Below, in pieces: positions 10,501 through 19,358 of a stretch of DNA of 64,000 nt (positions within the stretch are counted from its first letter, which is position 1; each line of letters opens with the position of its first letter). The notes under the pieces are model-generated. The model had not been told where the DNA came from. It saw only the letters and a program-made list of their open reading frames with translations, and did no database searches. Both the position numbers and the translations under genes were made by a program. The stretch spans positions 672,001 to 736,000 of the forward strand of contig OZ241855.1 in the NCBI GenBank assembly GCA_965202785.1, written 5' to 3'. The stretch comes from Thermodesulfobacteriota bacterium (GTDB taxonomy: Bacteria; Desulfobacterota_D; UBA1144; Nemesobacterales; Nemesobacteraceae).

Positions 10501-10543
10501 AGCGTCCAATTTACGGTTTCATGAGCGTCCAAATTACGGTTTT
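10501..10543. repeat. Imperfect 20-bp direct repeat, 23-bp period
   Basis: agcgtccaatttacggtttc (10501-10520) and agcgtccaaattacggtttt (10524-10543); the second copy includes the murQ stop codon. Confidence 0.8.
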
Positions 10544-11457
10544 CCTGTCCTGGGGAATACGGTTGCAAGGGTTTTCTTTAAAGATTCGCCGTTTTCTCTC
10601 AGCAAACTGGCAGATCCTTCAAGAGAGAGCCCCCCCAGTTTCATGACCACGGCAACTTTGAGATTCCCGTCGGCTTCCCGGAAAAGCGAGGCGGCTTCTT
10701 CTTCCCCCACGCCGCATATCTCCATTATGATTCTCCTTGCCCTGTCAGCAAGCTTTGAGGAAGTGGGCTTAAGATCAACCATCAGGTTCCCGTAAGTTTT
10801 CCCGAGAAGCACCATCGCGGTCGTCGTAACCATGTTAAGGACCATTTTGGTAGCGGTAGCGGCCTTGAGCCTGGTGGAACCCACTATAACTTCAGGACCG
10901 ACAAGAAGGGTTATGACCAAATCGGCCGGGACGTTCTCCGGCTCGCTGCAGCATACAAGTATGCTTGCGCAACCAACCGTCTTGGCATATTCAAGGGCCG
11001 ATATCACAAACGGCGTACCGGAACTCGCCGCAATTCCCAGGACCACGTCGTCCCCCGAGAGTTTTTTGTCGCGCAGGGCTTCCACGGAAGCCGTAGCGGA
11101 ATCCTCTGCACCCTCGACCGAGTTCCATACCGCATCCCGCCCTCCCGCCATAACCGCCTGCACCGTCTCGGGGTCCGTTCCGAAAGTTGGCGGGCATTCG
11201 GCAGCCTCCATCACCCCGAGCCGCCCGCTTGTCCCCGCCCCGACGAAAAAAACCCTGCCGTCGCGCTCAAGGGAGCGGAAAACCATTTCCGCCGCCCGGG
11301 AGATGGAATCTTTTTGCCTGGAAACGGCCTCAAACGCCGCCCGGTCTTCCCCGCTTACAAGATCGATGATTTCAGAACATGAAAGTTCATCGATGCTGAT
11401 CGTCCTCGGGTTTACTTTCTCTGTGAGCAGGTGTCCTGTCCGGCGAGTCTTCTCCAC
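10534..11457 (-). CDS. murQ: N-acetylmuramic acid 6-phosphate etherase
   Basis: TEKVNP, GAGTSGRLG, ECPPTFG, EGAED, VGPEV..GSTRLKA, GNLMVD motifs; start GTG 11457 approximate. Confidence 0.96.
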   Translation of the reverse strand: MEKTRRTGHLLTEKVNPRTISIDELSCSEIIDLVSGEDRAAFEAVSRQKDSISRAAEMVFRSLERDGRVFFVGAGTSGRLGVMEAAECPPTFGTDPETVQAVMAGGRDAVWNSVEGAEDSATASVEALRDKKLSGDDVVLGIAASSGTPFVISALEYAKTVGCASILVCCSEPENVPADLVITLLVGPEVIVGSTRLKAATATKMVLNMVTTTAMVLLGKTYGNLMVDLKPTSSKLADRARRIIMEICGVGEEEAASLFREADGNLKVAVVMKLGGLSLEGSASLLRENGESLKKTLATVFPRTGKP

Positions 11458-11557
11458 GGGAATATTATATCTGAAACGTGGGCCGCTTATCCGGAGAACC
11501 GTCCGCAGTGCCAAGTTTGATTTGTAAGCAATATCCGTATAGAGTCCTTTGGATATT

Positions 11558-11634
11558 GCGGGTGTAGCTCAGCTGGCCAGAGCATTGGCTTCCCAAGCCA
11601 AGGGTCGCGGGTTCGAATCCCGTCGCCCGCTCCA
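11558..11634 (+). tRNA. tRNA-Gly (CCC)
   Basis: Cloverleaf: acceptor GCGGGTG/CGCCCGC, anticodon arm TTGGC-TTCCCAA-GCCAA, GGTTCGAATCC T-arm, encoded CCA. Confidence 0.97.
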
Positions 11635-11769
11635 ACCCCTTCCCATAAATCGAAAGAAGCTTCACTATTTATAAGACCGCCGCCCTCAATTGACAAGCTG
11701 CATGAAGCCACCAATGAGAAACTCCTCACGTATGGAATAGAGCCAAAAAATTAAAACGCTATCCAATAG

Positions 11770-12384
11770 TCATGATCTCTTCTGGAAAACCAGATGCTTA
11801 AGACCGAAAAAATTCCAGAAAAGCGTGAATATCAAGGACACCGCGGCTCCTATGTTTGCCCAGACGGTGGAGGAAATAGAACCACCAGAACCACCAAACT
11901 CGGCGACCACGTAGGAAGCGACCGCAACGTTTATCACAAGCCCCACACCCACAACGGCGAAAAATTTTATGAGCTGGTTCATCCACCCTTCGGCCCCGTT
12001 GCTTTGAAACGTCCAGAACTTGTTCCACGCATACCCGTTAACGTTCGCCAGGATAAAGGAAACCGCCTTGAAAACCGAGTACAAAACCCCCTCGGCCACC
12101 CCGGAGTAATAAATGAGCAGGTTGAGTATCCCGAAGTCGATCACGAGGTTTGAAAAGCTTATCATGCAGAACTTCGCGAACTGGACAAGCGAGGGCCACT
12201 GGGAGAAAAACCGGAGAAAAAGAAAGTGGATCACGGGACTCAGTATGAAAAGCCCCCACTGCACCCCGGCAAGCGTGGAGTGCACGCCGGGCATCTCCGC
12301 ACGGAGCGTGAAGAAGAGAAGCAGTACGAAAAACGCGTTTATCTCGCTTATTACGAATAAAACGGGGTAATCCGATCTGGTCAT
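11770..12384 (-). CDS. GtrA family membrane protein
   Basis: QFAKF...NLVIDFGILNLL, YAWNKFWTF and WNFFGLKHLVF; start at ATG 12384 because the longer start lies in a terminator. Confidence 0.85.
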   Translation of the reverse strand: MTRSDYPVLFVISEINAFFVLLLFFTLRAEMPGVHSTLAGVQWGLFILSPVIHFLFLRFFSQWPSLVQFAKFCMISFSNLVIDFGILNLLIYYSGVAEGVLYSVFKAVSFILANVNGYAWNKFWTFQSNGAEGWMNQLIKFFAVVGVGLVINVAVASYVVAEFGGSGGSISSTVWANIGAAVSLIFTLFWNFFGLKHLVFQKRS

Positions 12385-12397
12385 GGCCGGTTTTTGG

Positions 12398-12444
12398 AAA
12401 AAAAGGGTTGCACCCCGAAGCAAGAGGCTTCGGGATACAACCCT
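12398..12444 (-). terminator. Intrinsic terminator of the ADC-like gene
   Basis: Long hairpin agggttg..cccgaagc / gcttcggg..caaccct followed by T7 on the minus strand. Confidence 0.8.
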
Positions 12445-12466
12445 GAAAACTGTACTTACCTTACCT

Positions 12467-13240
12467 TCAGTTAACTACCTGGTACTGGGGGTAGACGAAA
12501 CTTCCCTTGGTCCAGATAGCCCAGGTCGGATCCGCAAGCGGCTTAAGCTTGTGAAGAGCATGTCCCTCGGGAGCCGTGAACGTTATTTTCGGGTTAGCCA
12601 TCGATACTGTCCCTCCGTTCCACGGGATCGGGTACTTGACCACTCCCTTGTCCTCGATAAACCCGAAATAGTTAAGGTGCCCTCCGCCGAATCCTCCGAG
12701 TTCGCTTCCGACCTCGGCCGTGGCCTCGATCATCGACTGCCCGCCGACTTCAAGCTTTGTCTTCAGCACTCCGTTCTCTACCACGGTGGTGGTCATTCCC
12801 TCCTGAGCGGGAATGCCGACGGGCTTGGTGAACTCCCTCATCGTGGGAGAGCTGTTATAGTAATGAACGAAGTACCTTCCGGGATAGGTTATATCGGAAT
12901 CCATCACGTACGAGTCGTGACCATCAAGCTCGATCGTGAGATAGGTGAGCGTGTACGCCCCGAATCCCGAGGTCTGGTTCTTGTCGGGAACCGTGTACAT
13001 GTTTATGACTACGTGATTGTTCGGATGGGGCTTAAGACCCGCCGGAAGCATCGATTTCAAAACCTCCGGATCGGCCTTGTAGCCTGCAATGAACATCCAA
13101 GCGCCGGTTACAAGCTGCGGACCCGGAAGCGAAAACGACTTGGCCGGGGCCGGGGGGGCTTCACCCGAGTGCGTGGCCGTGAGCGGAACGGCAGAGAAAA
13201 CCAAAGCAATCAAAAAAACCAAAAACCTTTTAGCTGACAT
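12467..13240 (-). CDS. Exported acetoacetate-decarboxylase-like (ADC superfamily) protein
   Basis: Signal peptide; YKADPEVLKSMLPAGLKP, SGFGAY and GIP motifs resemble the ADC fold; GGAGG RBS. Confidence 0.6.
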   Translation of the reverse strand: MSAKRFLVFLIALVFSAVPLTATHSGEAPPAPAKSFSLPGPQLVTGAWMFIAGYKADPEVLKSMLPAGLKPHPNNHVVINMYTVPDKNQTSGFGAYTLTYLTIELDGHDSYVMDSDITYPGRYFVHYYNSSPTMREFTKPVGIPAQEGMTTTVVENGVLKTKLEVGGQSMIEATAEVGSELGGFGGGHLNYFGFIEDKGVVKYPIPWNGGTVSMANPKITFTAPEGHALHKLKPLADPTWAIWTKGSFVYPQYQVVN

Positions 13241-13309
13241 GTTTATTACCTCCTTAAGACTTTCTGATTCAATATCCTGACGTCGCCGGAAGCGGGGTCC
13301 GTTTGAACC

Positions 13310-14086
13310 CTAATGCTCTTCCGACGCTCTCTTTTCCTTTTCTTCTATCATATACCTAACGGCGGAGCGAACAAACCTGTTTCTCTCGGCCTCCCCGAGC
13401 ACTCCCTTAAGCGCATCGTGAACCGAGGGATCCACTACAAGCCCCCCAATCGAGCCTTCTCCTTCCCTGATCATTCGGGAAACCTCGGCCAGGTTTGAGG
13501 AGAAGCTTCTCACGTCCGCCGCGAACTGCTCATCGTAGAGGAGAGTATGCAGGAAATCCTCCTGCTTCTCATCCGCAAACGCCGCCACTATCTTGTCGAG
13601 ATTCCTGGAGATGGACGTCAGGTTCGTCACGAACTCCTCTGACTGGCTTATTATCTCCTGCATCTCGGGCGACGTGTAGCCCTTGATCACGATCCCGTCG
13701 CGGGCCCTGCCTATGCTTTCTCCCTGGCCGGGAACGATCTCGACGAATTTCGCCCCAAGAAGCCCTTCGGTCTTGATCGTGGCGTGAGAGTCCTTAGAGA
13801 TTCTGGAAAACGCCCGCTTGTTTATTTCCATTACGACCTGGACCTTCCCGAGGGAAAGATCGTCTGAGAAACGGATAGATGACACCGACCCCACGCCCAC
13901 CCCCGAGAGTCGCACATAGGCACCCTCGAGCAGTCCCGCCGAGTTGTCAAAGTAGGTCTTTACCTTGTACTCCCTCTCAAAGAGCTCTTCCTGGCCGCTT
14001 ATCGTAAAAACTCCGTAAACGAATATAGCGATCGATACGAGAACGAAAATCCCTACCTTGAGTTGAGCCGATCTCTGTTTTTCCAT
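13310..14086 (-). CDS. MlaD/MCE family protein
   Basis: LKVGIFV TM anchor, GL..GA.VRLSGV.VG.V, ATIKTEGLLGAKFVEIVPG. Confidence 0.92.
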   Translation of the reverse strand: MEKQRSAQLKVGIFVLVSIAIFVYGVFTISGQEELFEREYKVKTYFDNSAGLLEGAYVRLSGVGVGSVSSIRFSDDLSLGKVQVVMEINKRAFSRISKDSHATIKTEGLLGAKFVEIVPGQGESIGRARDGIVIKGYTSPEMQEIISQSEEFVTNLTSISRNLDKIVAAFADEKQEDFLHTLLYDEQFAADVRSFSSNLAEVSRMIREGEGSIGGLVVDPSVHDALKGVLGEAERNRFVRSAVRYMIEEKEKRASEEH

Positions 14087-14249
14087 CTGCGCTCTCCAGG
14101 CGCTGCCGACGCACCTTACCTTTAGGTATTGTACCGAAAAACCGGATTATTTGTAAGCGGAGAATTGAAAATCCGGGTGGCTGTGATAACCTCAATTACT
14201 CTGTTCCGTCCAAGGCACGCCCCCGATCCTGAAAAGGGGTTTTTCATTC

Positions 14250-15866
14250 ATGACAAGGATAAAAAGAGCGGTAATAAGCGTTTACGACAAAAAGGGGATA
14301 ACCACGCTCGCAAAGGGCCTGGGGGAGCTTGGCGTCAAGATGCTCTCAACCGGAGGAACCGCCAGGAGGCTCAGGGACGGCGGGGCGAAAGTGACGGAAA
14401 TATCGGACTACACGGGGTTTCCCGAAATACTGGGAGGATGTCTTGGGGGTGTGGCTCCCGTGAGGGTGAAAACGCTTCACCCCAAAATCCACGGGGGCCT
14501 TCTTGGAATGAGGGACGATGAGGACCACCTTGGAATGAGGGACGATGAGGACCACCTCGGGGAAATGGCCGGGAATTCCATAGAACCGATAGACATGCTC
14601 GTGGTCAACTTCTACCCCTTTGAGGAAGTGGTCACAAAAGAGGGAACCACGTTTTCTGAAGCGATAGAGAACATAGACATAGGCGGGCCGGCGATGCTTC
14701 GGGCCGCGGCGAAAAACCACGCGTCGGTAACCGTGCTCACCGATCCCGAAGACTACGGCGCCGTGCTCAGGGAGCTTCGCAAAAACAAGGGGAAAATCTC
14801 TCCCGAAACCAATTTCCGCCTCTCGGCAAAGGCCTTTTCCTACGTCTCGAGATACGACGCGGCGATATCGAACTACCTCTCGTCCCTCGAACCCGGCGGC
14901 GAAAAAAACCCGCTTCCGGCGACCTACACCCTCTACCTCGAAAAAAAGCTAGATCTTCGCTACGGGGAGAATCCCCATCAGCTTGGGGCCTTCTACACGG
15001 AGGGCGGCATAGCCGGGTCGCACTGCGTCGCGAACGCCAGGCAGCTCCAGGGGAAGGAGCTTTCCCTCAACAACATATACGACACCGACTCCGCCTTCGA
15101 ACTCGTAAGGGAGTTTGAAGAGACCGCATGCGTAATAGTGAAGCACAATAATCCCTGCGGAGCGGCACTCGGGGACACTCCCGCAGAGGCGTTCTCCCGT
15201 GCGAGGGAATGCGACCCGGAAAGTGCTTTCGGCGGGATAATCGCCTTTAACAGGGAGGTTGACGAGGCCGCGGCCGAGGAGATAGCCGGCATGTTCGCCG
15301 AGGTCCTAATAGCCCCCGGTTTTTCAGAAAAGGCGCTCATGCTACTATCAGGCAGGAAGAACCTGCGGGTGCTTCTCACGGGAGGCATGGATATCGGGGG
15401 AGCGGGAATCTGGGACATAAAGAAGGTGACGGGCGGGGCGCTCATACAGCAAAGCGACAGGGGATGGGGAGATGATTTCTCGGACATAAAGATCCCGACC
15501 AAGAGAAAACCCACCCCCGAGGAGATGGCCGATCTCCGGTTCGCCTGGAAGGTCTGCCGGCACACCAAGTCAAACGCCATTGTCTATGCGAGGGATCTCC
15601 GGACGGTAGGGATAGGAGCGGGACAGATGAGCAGGGTCGATTCGGTAAGGATCGCTGGGATGAAGGCCCGCATGCCGACCGATGGCTCGGTGCTCGCTTC
15701 TGACGCGTTTTTCCCTTTCAGAGACGGGGTTGACGAAGCGGCAAGAGCGGGAATCACGGCGATAGCGCAGCCCGGGGGATCCGTAAGGGACGCCGAGGTG
15801 ATCGCCGCGGCCGACGAACACTCGATGGCGATGATCTTTACCGGGAAAAGGCACTTCAAGCACTGA
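14250..15866 (+). CDS. purH: Bifunctional AICAR transformylase/IMP cyclohydrolase
   Basis: ISVYDK, STGGT, RVKTLHP, IENIDIGGP, LRYGENPHQ, KHNNPCG, GAGQMSRVDS, SDAFFPF, RHFKH. Confidence 0.98.
   Translation: MTRIKRAVISVYDKKGITTLAKGLGELGVKMLSTGGTARRLRDGGAKVTEISDYTGFPEILGGCLGGVAPVRVKTLHPKIHGGLLGMRDDEDHLGMRDDEDHLGEMAGNSIEPIDMLVVNFYPFEEVVTKEGTTFSEAIENIDIGGPAMLRAAAKNHASVTVLTDPEDYGAVLRELRKNKGKISPETNFRLSAKAFSYVSRYDAAISNYLSSLEPGGEKNPLPATYTLYLEKKLDLRYGENPHQLGAFYTEGGIAGSHCVANARQLQGKELSLNNIYDTDSAFELVREFEETACVIVKHNNPCGAALGDTPAEAFSRARECDPESAFGGIIAFNREVDEAAAEEIAGMFAEVLIAPGFSEKALMLLSGRKNLRVLLTGGMDIGGAGIWDIKKVTGGALIQQSDRGWGDDFSDIKIPTKRKPTPEEMADLRFAWKVCRHTKSNAIVYARDLRTVGIGAGQMSRVDSVRIAGMKARMPTDGSVLASDAFFPFRDGVDEAARAGITAIAQPGGSVRDAEVIAAADEHSMAMIFTGKRHFKH
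14502..14555 (+). repeat. Perfect 27-bp tandem duplication within purH
   Basis: cttggaatgagggacgatgaggaccac x2 (LGMRDDEDH x2), in frame. Confidence 0.95.
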
Positions 15867-15877
15867 GCGGTGCCCCG

Positions 15878-15981
15878 TTAGGAAAGGATTCGGGCATATC
15901 CTTTCTTTACGGAATTTCTAAAGAAAGGAAACTTTCCTTAAAAACGGGCTAAAGAAAGGTTTTCGGGGTTTTCTTTCTTAA
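15878..15981. repeat. Array of six alternating-orientation ~10-bp motifs (TAAAGAAAGG-like)
   Basis: Copies near 15878(+), 15900(-), 15919(+), 15931(-), 15950(+), 15972(-). Confidence 0.7.
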
Positions 15982-16129
15982 CGAAATTTCCGGAAATGAT
16001 ATTCTCATCAGAAATTAACGATAGAATGCACGTCGCAGTTCGTGCGTCAATTGGGCTCAAGCTTTATTGCCAACACAGAAGTATTAAGAAAAGGCCTAAA
16101 TTCGCCATGACGCATACACATGCAACAAC

Positions 16130-16456
16130 TTAGCCTGAAACAAGATAAATTCGCTTTTGCAGGCTACCAGAAACAGCAGCAATCACTTTGGGGACAAGTG
16201 GCCTTAATTCCTGTAAACGGTTCTGATGAGCAACCATGACGACGACGGGGATTGTAAAGTGGGTCAAGTTCTGCTGATACTCAATACCTTGGTCCACCGT
16301 GATTAGGGCGGCAAATCCATGGGCAGAGGCAAGGCGCAACAGGTCACCGTTGGTACTGCCGGTTCATCCCATTTGCTGGACCGTTCGCATTTTGAACTCA
16401 TCGGGAAGAAACGAACCGAGTCTTTTTGGAACGGATTCGTCAAGCAGTAGCTTCAT
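16130..16456 (-). pseudogene. DUF5615 (PIN-like, VapC45-type) toxin with in-frame nonsense codon
   Basis: ATG 16456 MKLLLDESVP...TVQQMG*TGSTNGDLL...LITVDQ; TGA at 16366-16364 where the family usually has Trp; the frame continues to 16130. Confidence 0.85.
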
Positions 16457-16664
16457 CCACTTTACCCACGAGCATTGCTTTTGCGCGTTCAAGCACGGCA
16501 ACCGCCTGACCGCGCGTTACCGTAGGGCAATCTTCCAAGAACTCGTCAAGTGAGTCTCCCGCTTCCAAGTGTTCCATCAGGATACATACAGGAACCCTTG
16601 TTCCGGAAAACACCGGAGTTCCACCCAAGATGTCTGGATTTCTATCGATCAACTTGTCCGGCAT
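16440..16664 (-). CDS. DUF433 family antitoxin
   Basis: PDILGGTPVFSGTRVPV...LEAGDSLDEFLED.P; overlaps the start of the DUF5615 gene. Confidence 0.93.
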   Translation of the reverse strand: MPDKLIDRNPDILGGTPVFSGTRVPVCILMEHLEAGDSLDEFLEDCPTVTRGQAVAVLERAKAMLVGKVDEATA

Positions 16665-16811
16665 GACTCTTTCCCCTTACAAAGCAATGTAATCCCGGAG
16701 AACTCGATTATCAAGAGTACGTGGTTTCAAACTTGAAACCACGTTTTTAAACCCATACTATGCGAGCTGGAAAAAACGGACAAAGCCTTCGGCCTCGACC
16801 GTCTGGGCGAA

Positions 16812-18374
16812 TCAGTCAACCTCAAAATAAGGCCCGATGTCCGAGTGGTTCTCTATGAGGAAGGAGTTACTCTCTATCATCGTCCCCCTCGCGCGCTCAA
16901 GGTCGGCCAGGGCGATCCGGTAGCCAGCGAAGGCGCTTATGTAGCTGGCCTCTGCGCTTATCAGATCCCTCTGCGCCTCAAGGATCTCCCTCGTTGTGGA
17001 AAGCCCCGCCTTAAATTTCTCCTCCTCGTTTCCCAGAACCTCTTTGGCCAGATTGGTCGAAAGCAGGGCGGCTTCCATCTTTTTCCGGCTGCTTTCGATC
17101 TCCCTTATGGCGTTTCTTACGTCAAGGCGCACGGCGTCTTTCTGCTTCTGATAGCTTATGACGCTACGGTCATAATCCGCCCGGGCCTTCGCGTAGGCTC
17201 CCCCCGCCTTTCTTCCGAAAATGGGAAAGCTGAGCCTTCCCGTCACGCTCCAGTTCGGAAAATCCCGGCCAATGATGCTGTCGTATGCGTGCGAGGAATC
17301 GGCAAAGCGCGGGGACACGCTGTCAACCCCCCCGAAAACGAGCCTGTCGGGGTTCTCGGATCCCCCGAGGCCTAGATACTCAAGACGTCCCTCGACAGTG
17401 AGACGCGGCAACCTCTGGCGTGAGTAAAAAGTCTTAAGCGCCTCGGCTTTCCCCATCTCCTGCTCCGCGCGGCGCATCTCGGGGCGTTTCTCAAAGGCCT
17501 GGAGCACCGCCTCAAGCTCTGAAACCGGATCGTACGCAGTTGGCATGGAATCGGTTATCTCAAGCAGCTCGACGCTCTCCTCCAGGGGGATAACGAGAAG
17601 ATTCTTAAGTGCGTCCACAGAAGCCTCGTAGGCGTTCTCTGAGTTTATCATCCTCACCTTTCTGGCGGCGCTCTCAGAGCGCGCCTGGGTGAGCGCAACC
17701 CTCGGCAGAACCCCGACCTCTACCTGTATTCCGGTCCTCCTTTCAAGATCCAGGGCCAGATCATAGGCTTTTTTCTCAAGGTCACGGTCGCGGGCGGCGG
17801 CCACTACTCCCCAATAGTTTTTCTCAAGATCAAAAAGCGTCTTTGCCACCACGCGCTCGAACTCGTAAACGGATATGTTTTTGTCTTTTCTCGAAAGCAC
17901 CACCGATACCCTGTTAGAAGCGATATCGAAGCCGCGGAGAAGCTCCTGCCCCACGCTGAAACCGAGACTCGCAGCCCATGACGGGCTGAGGCTGTCGATT
18001 GGGGAGTCGGTCTCGGTTCTCGACACCTCAAGATCATAGAGCTTGTAGAAGGTCCCGGTGGGAAGTCTGCCCGAGAGCTCGCTTCCAAAGGAGAGGACCT
18101 CGGCGTTTGTTATTCCGTCCTCTATGAGGGAACTCGAAGTGGGAATCCTGGTGTCTGCGTATGAGGCCATGAAGCTTATCTCGGGATCGTATGCGCCCTT
18201 CTTGCTTTTGTGCTCCCCGCGTGCGGCGTCGATGCTGAGTTTCCAGACCCTTATGTCGTGGTTTTTCTCAAGGGCCATTATCTTCGCCTGCGTAAGCGTA
18301 AGGGCATCCGCCCCAACCGGGGCGAAAAGAAAACACGCGACAAAAACCAGAAAGATATTAAAGCGTTTTGACAT
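16812..18374 (-). CDS. TolC family outer membrane efflux protein
   Basis: Signal peptide from ATG 18374; LTL.QA...ALEKN, RPE, LSFPIF, KFKAGLST..EILEAQ motifs. Confidence 0.9.
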   Translation of the reverse strand: MSKRFNIFLVFVACFLFAPVGADALTLTQAKIMALEKNHDIRVWKLSIDAARGEHKSKKGAYDPEISFMASYADTRIPTSSSLIEDGITNAEVLSFGSELSGRLPTGTFYKLYDLEVSRTETDSPIDSLSPSWAASLGFSVGQELLRGFDIASNRVSVVLSRKDKNISVYEFERVVAKTLFDLEKNYWGVVAAARDRDLEKKAYDLALDLERRTGIQVEVGVLPRVALTQARSESAARKVRMINSENAYEASVDALKNLLVIPLEESVELLEITDSMPTAYDPVSELEAVLQAFEKRPEMRRAEQEMGKAEALKTFYSRQRLPRLTVEGRLEYLGLGGSENPDRLVFGGVDSVSPRFADSSHAYDSIIGRDFPNWSVTGRLSFPIFGRKAGGAYAKARADYDRSVISYQKQKDAVRLDVRNAIREIESSRKKMEAALLSTNLAKEVLGNEEEKFKAGLSTTREILEAQRDLISAEASYISAFAGYRIALADLERARGTMIESNSFLIENHSDIGPYFEVD

Positions 18375-18592
18375 CGAGATGCTCCATTGCGCTGGAACCG
18401 GCCCCCGGCGTTTCGGGCCCCGGCCCGGATCCTTCGTCATCCTCTCCGGATGTGGGGTAAAAATTTACTGAGAAAACCGGAAAAAGCCTAATTTGGGGCC
18501 GGAGGGAATTTCCAGCTTCTCATGTCAAGTGTTCCCGAAGTCTGAACCCATTTACGGCAACCAGGTTTTCCGCAACCGGAAAGCTCTGACGG

Positions 18593-19012
18593 GTGCGGCT
18601 ATCTCCCTTGGAAATTCTTTACCCGATATATGGGGATCCCTTTCTTGAGAAATGGAACCTTGACCTCACCTCAAGGGAGGCGAGACGGAAGCATGGCCCC
18701 TCCGTCGACTTCAAACGGCAGAGGGCAATTGAGGAGGCCGTGACAGACCGGATCCGGAGAACCTTTTCCTTTGTCGCATTCCCCGTAGAAGACAAGGATG
18801 CCCGGTTCAAACTCAAATCGGGGATCATATCCACCTTGTCACTATGCGACTGCTGTCGACCGTCGGAGCAATGGCTGGGTGGATGTTCTCCAAGAAGCAA
18901 AATTCGAGAAAGCGGCCTCTGGCTCACGCAAGGGTTACACAAGGAACCGTTGTCAGAAGATGAAATCAGCTATTTGCGGGCAATGGTGTTGCAAACAGCG
19001 CGTGGCGGCTAA
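18593..19012 (+). pseudogene. Probable C-terminal fragment of an uncharacterised accessory protein
   Basis: Protein-like from DPFLEKW onward (...PSEQWLG..SP..KIRESGLWL.QGL); no convincing start or RBS. Confidence 0.45.
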
Positions 19013-19019
19013 GAGGCAA

Positions 19020-19210
19020 TGGAACCTTCCAGACCACCGGAATCCTTTCGTAAAGCTCTATGACCGGAAAACAAACTCCTCCCCGGAGAGTCGGACTCAA
19101 CCGAACCGCCTCTCCACCTGTTCGGAATTATTCGGGCAAACGAGAAAAGCGGACCTGATCGGACGCGTCCTTGTTTCTACTGAAACGCCCGTCGCTTTTT
19201 CTTTCTCTTG
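19020..19210 (-). pseudogene. Degraded N-terminal gene remnant of an uncharacterised protein
   Basis: VETRTRPIRSAFLV.PNN in one frame, then after a stop/frameshift LRGGVCFPVIELYERIP; protein-like but interrupted. Confidence 0.35.
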
Positions 19211-19285
19211 AGTTTGTTGGTAATAACGATGAAAAACTCCCACTCCGGGCCGGTGGAAAATCCCCCTGTTCCATCAAAAAAGCAT

Positions 19286-19322
19286 AAAAAAAAGCGGGCA
19301 ACCTTTGTTAGGAAGCCCGCTT
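19286..19322 (-). terminator. Intrinsic terminator of the outer-membrane protein gene
   Basis: aagcgggc/gcccgctt stem followed by T-run on the minus strand. Confidence 0.8.
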
Positions 19323-19358
19323 CATTCAAGCTTTGTGAGCTTTGATTTTATTTTGTTC

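Noticed and set aside
16364-16366. In-frame TGA as a recoded Trp or Sec
   Set aside because: TGA is the true stop of purH, queF and others here, TGG encodes Trp throughout, and the position is not a Cys site.
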